Shown here: positions 52,300 through 64,000 of the stretch, piece after piece
How positions within the stretch are numbered: the stretch's first letter is position 1
How the letters are laid out: every line of letters starts with the position of its first letter
NCBI GenBank assembly: GCA_951406725.2
Contig: OX597819.1
Location: forward strand, 117,676,001-117,740,000
Length of the DNA: 64,000 nucleotides
Origin: Octopus vulgaris
Taxonomy: Eukaryota
Direction: 5' to 3'
The notes under the pieces: generated by a model
Told to the model about the DNA's origin: nothing
What the model saw: the letters and a program-made list of their open reading frames with translations, nothing else
Databases searched by the model: none
Made by a program: the position numbers and the translations under genes

Positions 52300-53050
52300 A
52301 AAACAATTTGTAATTATTTTTTCTTTTTATATGAACCATTATGTCTTTGTAGAAGCCTGTATGAATATTATATTAATGAGTTCCAATGAAATAAAAGCAT
52401 TTTCACTTATTCATCTTCCATTTTTCGTTGCTCCTACCAATATTCTCAACTTAGTTCTGCAAATTATCTCCTTCTTTATAAAACGTTTCTAATTTCCATT
52501 GAGATTTCCTCATTTGAAATTTCAGTGAGTCAATTTTAGGTTTCTGTAGAGGATTTTTCCTTCACAGTTAATCTTATGCAACTTAGACATCTTAAACTAT
52601 GTCAGTGTCTAATCTCTCTTATTTCTGTTAGTCCAGTTTACTTTCTAACATCTTCATAGGATGTATGTTGAGAAATCCAATATGTTTAATCACTGCATGT
52701 ATAACCCCATGCTGTTTTCATTATTAAAAATCTCCAAATGAACAGGAATACATTTTGAGAAAAGTAATTGATCTCAGGAATTTTGTTTAAACCATTAACG
52801 CAATTACGCACAAACAAGAAATTCTGTTTGAAATAATTCAATTTTATCGAGCTGTTTAAAAATATTGACATGCAAACCGATTAAAAGGGATTTTATTATT
52901 ATGCGGTGCAAACATTTGACAAGGAAACAATCATTATTTTTAACAGTTAACATCTGCTGTATATTGAAATACTTCAAGATATCTCTACATATTAACTCAC
53001 AAAAATTATGAATGAGTACACGATACTGTTTAATCAATATTTATTGGTGC
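52300..53050 (-). mobile_element. Possible very decayed LINE apurinic endonuclease region
   Basis: Minus ttcatttggagattttaataatgaaaacagcatgggg resembles the GDFN...WG motif across a frameshift. The rest is unrecognisable. Confidence 0.3.
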
Positions 53051-55039
53051 TAGTATGTGTATAGTTAGAACTGTACAGCACCAGGTAACTACTTTCAACA
53101 TTAGTATAATGCAGTCATGTTTCCCATCGTGTTATTCAACCCGAATAGCAAACGTAAAGAAAGATTAGTTAAGTTTATTTGCCTTAAAGAGAAATTACAT
53201 ATCGAGTTAGCTGCGTTTTTTTCTCGCAGAGTAGTGTATGGCATCTTTTACTGATTCACCTAGTTTAAAATTTCGAAATTACTGAATGATTTTACAACTG
53301 CAACGGTTTCAGTTTATCATTCTTGGACAGTATTACACTGTTCAACACACTTATTTGATTTCATGGATTCAAAACTTATCTTTAAAGGCGGAAACACAAA
53401 GCTAAGACGCAGCGGCATCGTGTTTCAGACAAGAGGGAATAAATGAATAATGCAATAACATTTATTTCGAAAATTCTTGGTCTGAATTCAAGCATTCCAA
53501 CCGAAAGCAGGTGGTGCATTCCTATAATTAAGAGTCATGGCATATAAGTCATTCATTTTCCATTATAAAATGCAGTGGACTTCTAGCAAACGTTCGAAAA
53601 TAATTACTACACTCATATCACTCGCATATGCATAGACTGGGACTTAAATATATTATTAACATGATATATATTGTAAACTTTATGCTGGTGTTTGCTACGG
53701 AGAATTTACTACGGAAAATATAGTTGAATTTATATATAACAAAATACAAAACAATTAGTTCCATCGCTATATCTAATGCACGTATTTCGACAGGCGGTGA
53801 TTATCTGTCTCCTAGATGGCAAGTGAAATTTACGAAGCCACATCAAAATTAAATATCACATCAAGTTCATACAGTTCAACAGGGAACAGAATACTAACAA
53901 ACTTTAATTTAAGTAAACAATTCCCCAATCTATTAAAGGGAATGAAAGTAAACTATGAGTTAATAGAGTTTATATACGTAAGACTTCAATTAATTTGCAG
54001 GAGGTGAAACAAAGACGGCAATATATTACAATGGGGAAACAAAGGTTATCATAGCCGAAAATCGTAAATAATATCTACACGAGCTGCTATAAAGAAAACT
54101 TTTATAAGAGTGTTGCAAATTAAATGATAATATAATACAAATCATCAGTTATCAAATAAATATATAATATAATACAAGACAATTGTTTGTAAATCAATAG
54201 GTATAAGGCTCGAGAGATGAAATGTTGGGTTTAATGATATAATTAGTTATAAATATCATATTTAACAACTTAAAATGGCCAGAAAATTACTCAATAAATC
54301 AATAGTTATGTTGTCAGGAGGATATATATTCATTAACATCTTGTTATGTGGTCGGTAGGAAAAGAAATGGCAAGCATGGAATATTACGAACATCGTTAGA
54401 GTATTTATATTTTAAATACTAACGATTATAGATTTCTTCCAAAGCGAAATTTCCGCTTCTTGATTATTACATAGCCGTATCTCTACATTCAAATATGCTA
54501 TTTTCTCACACGATAAATCATACAATAATATTTAGCATGAACATTCTATGTAGAGAATGCAATTTTCTGGAATTCTATATTTGTTGATATTACATGCAAT
54601 AAAGTAACTGAAATTCTTGTAGGTAAACAATAGACTGCCGAAGGTGAATCCATTACGTATGAATGCTCTGATCTGCATACATATGGATGAATACTTGTAT
54701 GCAATTATGTACGTATGTATGTATGTTTGTATGTATGTATGTATGTATGTATGTGTATGTGTATATGTATTAATGTATGTGCTTACGCATGTATCTATTT
54801 ATGTCTTTATGTTTCTTTCCATATGGATAGTTGTATGCAAGAGCATACACCATATACGCACACGCACACACACACTCATATATATAAACATGTATATCTA
54901 TATCTGTACATGCATGCATATACATATATATATATATATGACTATTTATACAACCATACATACATATATACATAATACAGACATGCATATATAAATACGT
55001 TCCCAAGCGTACATACACGTGTATGTTTATTTAAGCATG

Positions 55040-55096
<57 letters not shown>

Positions 55097-55859
55097 CGAG
55101 ACAACAAAGCCAAGTCAGTGTTGAATTTCTAGGATATTTGTAAAGAGAAATATAGTCTTAGAGTTTTTTTAGGGATAAAAGGGATATCCCTTCATCAAAG
55201 AAGATATAAGAGATGAGAGAGTTAAACAGAAGGAAATAGAGTTCAATATAAGAAGTTATTTTGGAAAGTGAACGATATAAGAAATGTAAAAGGAAATAAG
55301 AGAATGAAAATAAAAATATATGTTTGTTGTTACGGTTGCAGTTCCATTATCAACGTGAAGTGCTATGTAGTATGGGTAGAAAGGTTTCTTCCTCATGTTA
55401 TGTAAATTCCTACAGGAGTTCATATTTTTTTTATTACTGAGGGAGAGTGTGGCGACAAAAATTCCATGTGCTGTTCATTCAAACGGATCCTATAGTGATA
55501 GTGAAATTTTGAGAGAATATGCTTGTAGGGGGAAGTAGATAGAGAGAAGAGAATAGGTATGTATGTTAGAAGGAGGGAAATTGTATCGGTCAAAAGAAAT
55601 AGGGGAGAAAAAAGAAGGAAGGATTGAAAGAGGAAGAGAAATTGAAAGCAGGAATGCCAGATGGTGGTCAAGCTATTTGAGGGAGAAGAGCTATCAGTAG
55701 ATACAAGGAATAGGGGAGGGATAGAAGGATAAGATAAGGATGTAAGGAGGGAACATGTGTGGGAAGTGGGAGGTAGGGAAAATTGTAATTGTAGATATAA
55801 TTATGATAAGCTAACGCGATAACGACGTCGGTTAATGGAGTCGAAACTTCCTTATATAC

Positions 55860-56810
55860 AAATAAATACAATAAATGTTCATGCAGGGAAAAATCAAAAT
55901 GTCCATCGAACAATCTCTGTATGAGAACAATATTGTATATAAATGCACGCTGCACAGAAGGGGAGGGCTGTATGTCAACATAGCGCAGACGGCTGATTCA
56001 TTTAAGAGTCGTTATCGTAACCATGTCACCAGCTTTAAGACAATTAGTAAGAGACGTTCAACAACTTTGGTCTATTTTGTATGGCAACTGAAGGGGGATA
56101 AAATGAAGTACAGCATAACTTGGTCCATAGTACGGCACACGAAACACACAATACAATTTCCATGACATACCATCTCTGCTCCGAGGAATCCCTGTCTATT
56201 CTGTGAAGATCATTAATAGAACTTCTGAAACATTCTCGAAATACCTAAACGCATATAAATGTACTTTCGCACCGTGCAGTAGAAATGAATTTTGAGTAAA
56301 TGTTAACATAATTTATTTAAAGCATGAAAGACTTAAGGTTACTGTTAGCCTCCCCCATTCTTACAAATACTAAGTACATAGTTAACTCGCTTTGTGATTA
56401 TGAATGCACCAAACCTCACGTATGCGTATGCTCACATTTTCGCGGATGCTTGTATGAACGAGTACATACGCGACATGTAGCTTGCCCAAGGGCGTTTATA
56501 CATCTATATTTGTTAACGGTTGATTTAAATAATTTTCTCACTGTATTGCATGTTCGTTTCCTTTTTTTTCCATCTGTGATTTTACTTATCATCTTTTATG
56601 TACATGAAGATATTTCCTCTCTCTGGCTGCTTTTCATTTTAAAAATAAGAAGTTATATTGCGGATCTGTTATTTTATCGAGTTGTTTCTATTCATCACCC
56701 GATAAGATACATCTGCACCGCCAGATGCCCCTGAACAAGTTGCCGAATGTCCCACCAGTGAGGGATGGATTCCAGATGTGTCGAAACAATTGTGATTTAT
56801 AAATTCTTGT
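55860..56810 (+). mobile_element. Penelope-like element 3' relic, Naiad-type GIY-YIG
   Basis: CSCREKSKCP (CxCx5C) at 55876-55905, then NIVYKCTL...FKSRYRNHVTSF...STTLVYFVWQLK...YSITWSI. Degenerate hammerhead 3' half cgaaacaattgt (palindromic) at about 56782-56793. Confidence 0.75.
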
Positions 56811-57568
56811 ACATTCCATCTTCCGTCTTTCATTTACCATATACAAAACACTCACTGTGGAAATGACATGCTTTATTAGTAAGGTATCAGAAATAAACCA
56901 TCAATTTTATTTTATATGATAACATTTAACTAAAGATTATATCATAATTTTACGGTTCGCCGACCTCCGTGTTCAACCAATGTAAGTAGAAAATTCCATG
57001 AATTTATAGAGGAACATTTCCTGGATAGCAATAGGTGTATAGAAAAGTTCATTGTATGTCTCTTACGTCTGCCTCGCGAGCGTGAGAAACACAAATATTA
57101 CTCATAAGTCAGCACAGGGACCGACTCCAAAATTTAAAACAGAAATGCAGATATAGGCAGACATGAGAAATCGAGGTGGACTAAGTCCTATTCAAAGCAA
57201 ACTTCACCTCAATTCTGCCAACTAACAAAACGGAAAAAAAAAAGATATTGACTAGTTGAAAGTAACCTTTAAAAAAATTATGCAAACTATACGTTTTCTT
57301 TCTGGCACGTAGATAAGAAGAAAAAAGGGTAAGCTAGCAACCTAACCAAATCTCAGTGAAGAACCGTAAAGTGATCTGCGCAACAAAAGTACATATTCAT
57401 ATCCGTGATATTATTTCTGCGACCACATCACCCCTAACATCTGACCACCCAACTCCCCACACTGCAACGTCCTTGATTATTGTCGTTGGGGCCTAGTTGT
57501 GCTAGATACTAACAAAACTCCTCCTAACACTATATATTTAGTGGACAATACATATATTCCCAATATAT

Positions 57569-57639
57569 ATTCTCAATTCTTCTTTGAAATACAGACTTTT
57601 AACGGAGTGTAACATTCAGTTTTCATAATTGTTTGTCAC

Positions 57640-57686
<47 letters not shown>

Positions 57687-57806
57687 CTATGTTTGTATAG
57701 ACGTATATACTTATGTATATATGTGTGTTTATATATTTGTTTATATATATGTTTAATTTTCAAAGAAATCCGGAGAAATAATTAACATGGTCGCCTTATT
57801 CATAGA

Positions 57807-57840
<34 letters not shown>

Positions 57841-57861
57841 CATACAAACATATATGTGGGT

Positions 57862-57895
<34 letters not shown>

Positions 57896-58834
57896 GCATA
57901 TAAAAGTACAACAAAGGCTCCCACATTTGTGCGTATGAGTGCGTCTGTTTTGGTGTGCCTCTGCGGTCTATAAGTATGTTGTATTGTACAAAACTTCTAA
58001 GTGTGTTTAATCATATTAGTGCAGAATGTAATTTGCCAGTATTATGTAGTTATCAATAACTATTGGTGCTGGAATATATTCTTTCTGTTCTCTTTCTCTT
58101 CCATTTTCTCTTCCGATGTATTTGATAATTGATGAACAACACGCATATAATTATGTATTTGCGTATAAATATGTTTTTCAATCAAGGAAGCTTGTAAATC
58201 GACAAGGAGAAGAAATCGACATTTTCATTTTTTATTTATATTTATACATATCAATACATGGAATTCCAATTGTTTGTTCGTGGTACATTTACGTTAATCT
58301 TGTGAGCAACTCTAACTGAGAATATATTTATTATTTCGATCATCGTCTAGTGGTAACGAAACAGGATATAATTCAAATATGATAAGAAAGATACATAGAT
58401 GTGGCACATAATAAACTTTGCATTTAGCGCTATATTATATCAAACTCTTTTATGTAGCATTGAAATAACAAATGCACGCTTTCTCTAATTTCTAACAACA
58501 TCTATATACGTTTCGTACAACCGACAATTATCAACTAATTTAATATTATCTTTGCTTTAAACTCTTTAATTTTTTCCAGCATTGTGTGACAGTTTACTGC
58601 TAGATGCACAAGTCTTTTGTGATGTAAGTATTCCTATACTCAACAAATATTTCGCAGCGCTCCAACATATTGCATGTTGCTGAAATGTCGGATCTCCGTC
58701 TCATACATAATTTGCCTTACTATCTGTGATGTTCGATTGAAAGCAAAACAGTTCGGAAATTCTCAATTCTGCTTTGAAATACAGACTTTTAACGGAGCGT
58801 GACATTCAGTTTTCATAATTGTGTTTGTGACTAT
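57569..58834 (+). repeat. Dispersed direct repeat of about 75 bp (57569-57642 and 58759-58834)
   Basis: attctcaattct(t/g)ctttgaaatacagacttttaacggag...cattcagttttcataattgt...actat occurs twice. Confidence 0.85.
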
Positions 58835-59242
58835 CGGATATCGGATTCCATATATGTTGTGGATTTAATGCAAATATATTTTGTTATGCTTTAGCGCGTT
58901 TCGCATTTGTTTGAATATATATATGCAACAGGGATAAATGTAAAATTAATGATGGCTACACAAAATAGGAATGAAACAAATACTACAGTTAAGAGTTTGT
59001 GCACGCCTTGAATTTATGTCATAACATTCTTCTTAGCCTCGTTGAGTATATTAATTCTAAATAAGAAAAGTAAAACAATGTTCATATGTTATATATATTG
59101 TACTAAATATGTATATGTCAAAAACGCACCACAATAAAGTTTGAAGATAATTTGTTTGAGAAGAATTCGGAACGTAGTTTTCTTATATATTAAGCTAAAC
59201 ATATGTGTTCGAAGCCACGATTTGATACACATCAAATAAATT

Positions 59243-59755
59243 ATATTAATAGTTATTGCCAAGCTAACATGGCAGTCCATAAATATAGGACGAAAGCTGC
59301 CGTTTGATTAGCTCCAAGAGGGCATTGCCTCTAGCTAGCTATGTGATACACGAACCTGTGTCCATTATAACCTTCGAACAGGGGAGGTCAACCGCTTCCC
59401 CTTGCTGTTCAAGCATCTACAGACATGTTTCAGGGTATTTGCCCTTTATCAATGCAGAATAACCGAACCCAGCAGGCATCGCTACTGACCGTCTGTTCAA
59501 AGGATTATTTACCTAAATTCAGTGGAATACAGTGGAATATTATTAATATCATTATTTCGAAGTCACTCTAAAGGAGACGGCAGCAGTACTGGATATTAAT
59601 AGTTCGTGTGTCACATAGCTAGCTAGAGGCGATGGTCTCTTGGAGCTAATCAATGGCAGCTTTCGTCCTATATTTATAGACTACCATGTTAGCTTAGCGA
59701 TAACTATTAATATCCAGTACCGCTCCTTTAGAGAAACTTAGAAATAATAATATTT
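59243..59755. mobile_element. Fold-back PLE pseudo-LTR-like element with nested inverted repeats
   Basis: 59243-59354 is inverted with 59602-59713, and about 59546-59604 is inverted with 59702-59755. A hammerhead lies between the arms. Confidence 0.7.
59417..59457 (-). ncRNA. Type I hammerhead ribozyme motif with U3-A8 core variant
   Basis: Minus strand CUGCA-UUGAUAA-AGGG-CAAAUA-CCCU-GAAAC-AU-GUC-UGUAG. Confidence 0.7.
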
Positions 59756-59948
59756 CTATTTAATAAATTATAGTTACCTATGAAAAGTATCCTATGAATT
59801 CCAATTTCACTGTTAGTGAAATTGAAATTTATATATTCAAACGTCTATAAGTGAGTATAATTTGTGAAGAATAATATAAATTTTAATGGAATTCAGTTGT
59901 TACACGTCAGGTGACAATATTCATATAACTATTTCTATATGTTACACT

Positions 59949-60207
59949 GTGGAAGCGCAATGACCCAGTGGACTCGTGGTTGTAGGATCGCGGTTTCGAT
60001 TCCCAGACCGGGCGTTGTGAGTGTTTATTGAGTGAACAAACCTAAAGCTCCAAGAGGCTCCGGTAGGAGTGGGGGCTGTACTCTTTCGCTCTTTCTGCTG
60101 TAGACCTGCTCACTTAGCCAGCGGGGTCGCGTCATTTGAAGGCTGAAACAATACGAAGCGCATTGTGACCAGTAATGTGTAGCTGGTCGGTCACGTTGAT
60201 CACGGTG
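59949..60207 (+). mobile_element. SINE family D (tRNA-derived)
   Basis: A-box-like TGACCCAGTGG and B box GTTTCGATTCC. 12-bp TSD atatgttacact at 59937-59948 and 60208-60219. Confidence 0.85.
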
Positions 60208-61041
60208 ATATGTTACACTATGAACGGATGAAGTTAATACGTGTGTAGTTCTCTGAGCAAGGTGAATTTGTTGAAACGTTAATATGCTGTTACGTCTGTT
60301 AATGGCTATATAATGACCTTAGAATAACCTGTAACACAGGGTGTGAAATACAATATTCCCTTATTGCTAAGAAACATGTAATGGTATTTAAGTACCATGA
60401 TGCAAATTTTGACTGATAGTTTCGGTTGTTTGTTTAAATGGCTCTGGATACATGTATAAACCGGTGCACGCTGTCCATTGCACTCGTTTAAAAAATTAGT
60501 CAAGAAAACTTTAAAAATAAAAGAAATTGGTTAAAACATGTACACACTATATACATCCAAAATCGACATAAAATGAATTCTATGTAGTTCATATCAAACA
60601 GCATCAAATAATTTTCTACATCCGATAATGTGAAGGCATCTGAGGAAGTGATATTCACCTTGTATTCCGGCAACATTTTCAACGTAAAATATTCCTGAGT
60701 AAATTCTTGTGGAATTAACTTCAGTTACACTTTCACGTAATAAGGTTACATGATCACGAAATAATTTACATTGAAATGCTCCAGCTCTACATGTAACAAT
60801 GAAATAAAAAATTACTAAATATCTACAATATTATTCGTAAGAATACAAGTAACATTATTTTACTGAGCGCATTGTTGGCATTTCATGGTTTCTCTATGAT
60901 CTTGATTCCTGGAAATGGTATCTCAACAACCACTAGAAATTTTAGTATCTACCGATTGACGCTTTATGATTATTTCTGTGTTGCAAAGAGATATAAAATT
61001 AGATTTTTCATTTTAAAAAAATGGAATACTACGAAGAAAAT

Positions 61042-61055
61042 GGCTTTGAATTACC

Positions 61056-61101
<46 letters not shown>
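61042..61101. repeat. (GA)n microsatellite
   Basis: Seen directly. Confidence 0.95.
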
Positions 61102-61122
<21 letters not shown>

Positions 61123-62150
61123 GTTGGTGAAATTGTTAGGAGATTTAAGTGTTCTTACAGAACCGGTTGCAATTTCATTTAAAACTTACTTGTGCACCCA
61201 GACCTTGTGCACCAGACCTTGGGATCTGGAGAAATTGCCGCGTGAGAAATGTAATTGATATAAACAATGAGTGGGCTGTGAATTAGGTCACTGGCCCGCC
61301 GAAGTCATAATTTTTTTCGACGAGAAGATTCATCAGTTACAAAATGTGAATCCGTCCGTGGAAGAATTCTAAGAATTCGTTCTTAAATTTACATAGCAAA
61401 TAGTTAATATGCTCATGTGTGAAGAGCTTTGTTAATCTGGAATTAAGTAAACAGAGGCGCACGAAATAGAATTTTGATACACTTCTAGGTATGTACAATT
61501 ATATCTAAAACACTCTTGTTCACTCAAAATTGGAAGGAACTTTCCTGCCGGGCTTTGCTACTGAGAAATTCTTCTTACAGGTAATTGTGTGTGTGAAACA
61601 TCTGTAGCTTCGAAATGACATCATCTGACAGCGATACAGGTGTTTTTCTTTTTGTATAAAATGATGACGTATTACTCATTGTTGATGCAGTAGGTCGACT
61701 ACTACATTATATTATAATTATAGTGAGGTAAGCAGATGAGGAAGGGTTTGTCCTGATTGCTCCGTTTTTTTTTTAAGACTATCATATCTCTGGTTCCTAA
61801 ACATAACAATGAGAAAGTGAAAATTTCGATCTGCTTCTATATAAAGAAGGCGATGCGAGTGTTAAATGTTTAATTGAAGTATGTATGTATGAGTCCCACC
61901 TACGTTTACAGGATATCATTAAGCGTGTAAACGATATAAGATTGGCAACTAATTTGGAAATCCGTCGCGCAGCCAAAATGTATCAGATAACCTAAAACAT
62001 ATTATATTGCTGTAAGTGCACTTTTGGGAAAAAAGACTTCTATGTATTTACGTATGTATATACGCGTGTACGTATGTAAACATATATATTTATATTTACA
62101 TAAATGGCTATATTAATATATGCATATATGTATAAATATATATATATGCG

Positions 62151-62565
62151 TAGGAGTGGCTATGTGGTAAGTAGCTTGCTTACGAACCACATCGTTCTGG
62201 GTTCAGTCCCACTGCGTGGCATCTTGGGCAAGTGTCTTCTACTATAGACTTGGGCTGACCAAAGCCTTGTGAGTGGATTTGGTAGACGGAAACTGAAAGA
62301 AGCCCTTCGTGTATATGTATATGTATATATGTATGTGTGTGTATATGATTGTGTGTCTGGGTTTGTCCCCCCCCCCCAACATCGCTTGAGACAACCGGTG
62401 CTGGTGTGTTTGCATCCCCGTAACTTAGCGGTTTGGCAATAGAGATCGATAGAATAAGTACTAGGCTTCCACAGAAAAAGTCCTGGGGTCGAGTTGTTCG
62501 ACTAAAGGCGGTGCTCCAGCATGGCCACAGTCAAATGATTGAAACAAGTAGAAGAGTAAAAGAGT
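62151..62565 (+). mobile_element. SINE family A, full length
   Basis: Complete head, internal microsatellite and tail. Confidence 0.92.
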
Positions 62566-62609
62566 ATGTATATATATCTATCTATCTATCTATCTATTTA
62601 TCTATATAA

Positions 62610-62676
<67 letters not shown>

Positions 62677-63685
62677 TATATACCTATACATTCACACATG
62701 TACACACACATGTGGATAAGCACACATGCCATTGATATATGTGGAACAACAACTACGATGCAGTTACTGCTAGTATCTCTACCGTAACTCTCATTCAGTG
62801 ATGATATCCTACCTTCCTCAGTCTATCTTAAAATAAACACAGTCTTAAGAATGCAATTATGTCTTAATACAAATCGTTGAAGAAGATGGTCTGGGCATGC
62901 GTGTGTCTCATTGGACGAAATGAAAGTTTCAAAATAAGTAAAGGAAATGAGACATTTGTAAGAATTGAAAGAAAATAATTTTCAATAGATATTCAGAACA
63001 CAACTGATTCGCTGGCGTTTCGTTGAATAATAATTCTAATTACATTTTTATACGCCGATTGTTACGTACATAAACAATGTTTCTATTTCGACATATTTCA
63101 TATGCATATACACAGATATAGAAACATATATGAATATACATTCTCACTCCTACATATATATACATATACACACGCGCACAGACACACGCACAGAACGGAC
63201 AGAGATTGTCAAGTGTCGCCTGATGGCTTATTGATGTAGTCTATGTACTTATTAAAAGTGATGAATAAATTGTGAAATGGATTTCTTAATGCACTTTACT
63301 CTGCATTGGTATAGTGTCTTCCGCCATCACGATTTTGAATGTGTCTCCCTCTATCGGATTTATAATGACAACTTTGAGTTAACATTTACCCATACTCACA
63401 GATATGTATAGGAATGTATATTTGCATGCACGTAATTATTTATATTTGTCTATTTCTCTTTTTTCTCTCTGTATTTATGTGTCTGTCTGTCTCTCTGTCT
63501 CTCTCTCTCTCTCTCTTTCTGTTACATACACAAGCGCTCTTCCTCTCCCCTTTCCTTCCTCTTATAAAAGTTGAATGGACATATACTCTACTAAAAATTT
63601 CCCAGTAAATCTTCAGTTCAAGGTCAAGATATTTTTATTATGGAAGCTGGCATATAAACAATTCGTATGTATAGTGTTACTGTGC

Positions 63686-63723
<38 letters not shown>

Positions 63724-63807
63724 GTATATATATATATACACATATATTTATATATACAGAGAGAGAGAGAGAGAGAGAGATGGAATATCTATCTATCTAT
63801 CTATCTA

Positions 63808-64000
63808 CTGTCCCTAAAAGGTCGGGCGGAGGTGGCGAACACGTACATTGCGTCCGTCATCTACTACCGCCTGACCGTCATGCCTTGTCCCGACCCTACC
63901 ATCACCAAACTACAACGCATTCTCTTTCGCTTCTTGTGGAAAGGATGCGTCCCGATGGTCAGGCGATCCATTTGCTGTCAACACCCGTTAAAAAGAAGGA
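63808..64000 (+). mobile_element. 5'-truncated Tx1/L1-clade LINE ORF2 (continues beyond the window)
   Basis: Open frame LSLKGRAEVANTYIASVIYYRLTVMPCP...LFRFLWKG...VRRSICCQHPL, matching the post-RT LSLxGR...FLWxG region. Abrupt rise in GC content after (ATCT)n. Confidence 0.8.

Noticed and set aside
50802-54007. Short ORFs at 50802-50996 and 53816-54007 with nearby AG acceptors
   Set aside because: No homology recognised and donor sites are weak, so they are indistinguishable from chance.

Overview
AT-rich, microsatellite-dense eukaryotic intergenic or intronic DNA. The SINE families and repeat landscape point to a cephalopod, most likely Octopus (inference from pattern recognition, no search run). 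I cannot support any intact host protein-coding gene, and nearly all listed ORFs are microsatellite or chance ORFs. The window is layered with mobile-element remnants: four tRNA-derived SINE families, CR1/L2-group, Tx1/L1 and R4/Dong LINE fragments, a Ty3/Gypsy LTR-PBS-gag relic, an internally deleted mariner, two non-autonomous Helitron-like elements, a fold-back MITE and several Penelope-like element (PLE) relics of different types. The most striking signal is about 10 type I hammerhead ribozyme motifs from several unrelated sequence families. Most have a palindromic stem III (dimer-type), sit next to (TA)n tracts or PLE relics, and are often embedded in fold-back inversions. One has a fully canonical core with a long stem II (27028-27116), and one carries a compensatory U3-A8 core pair (59417-59457). 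Boundaries of decayed elements are approximate.
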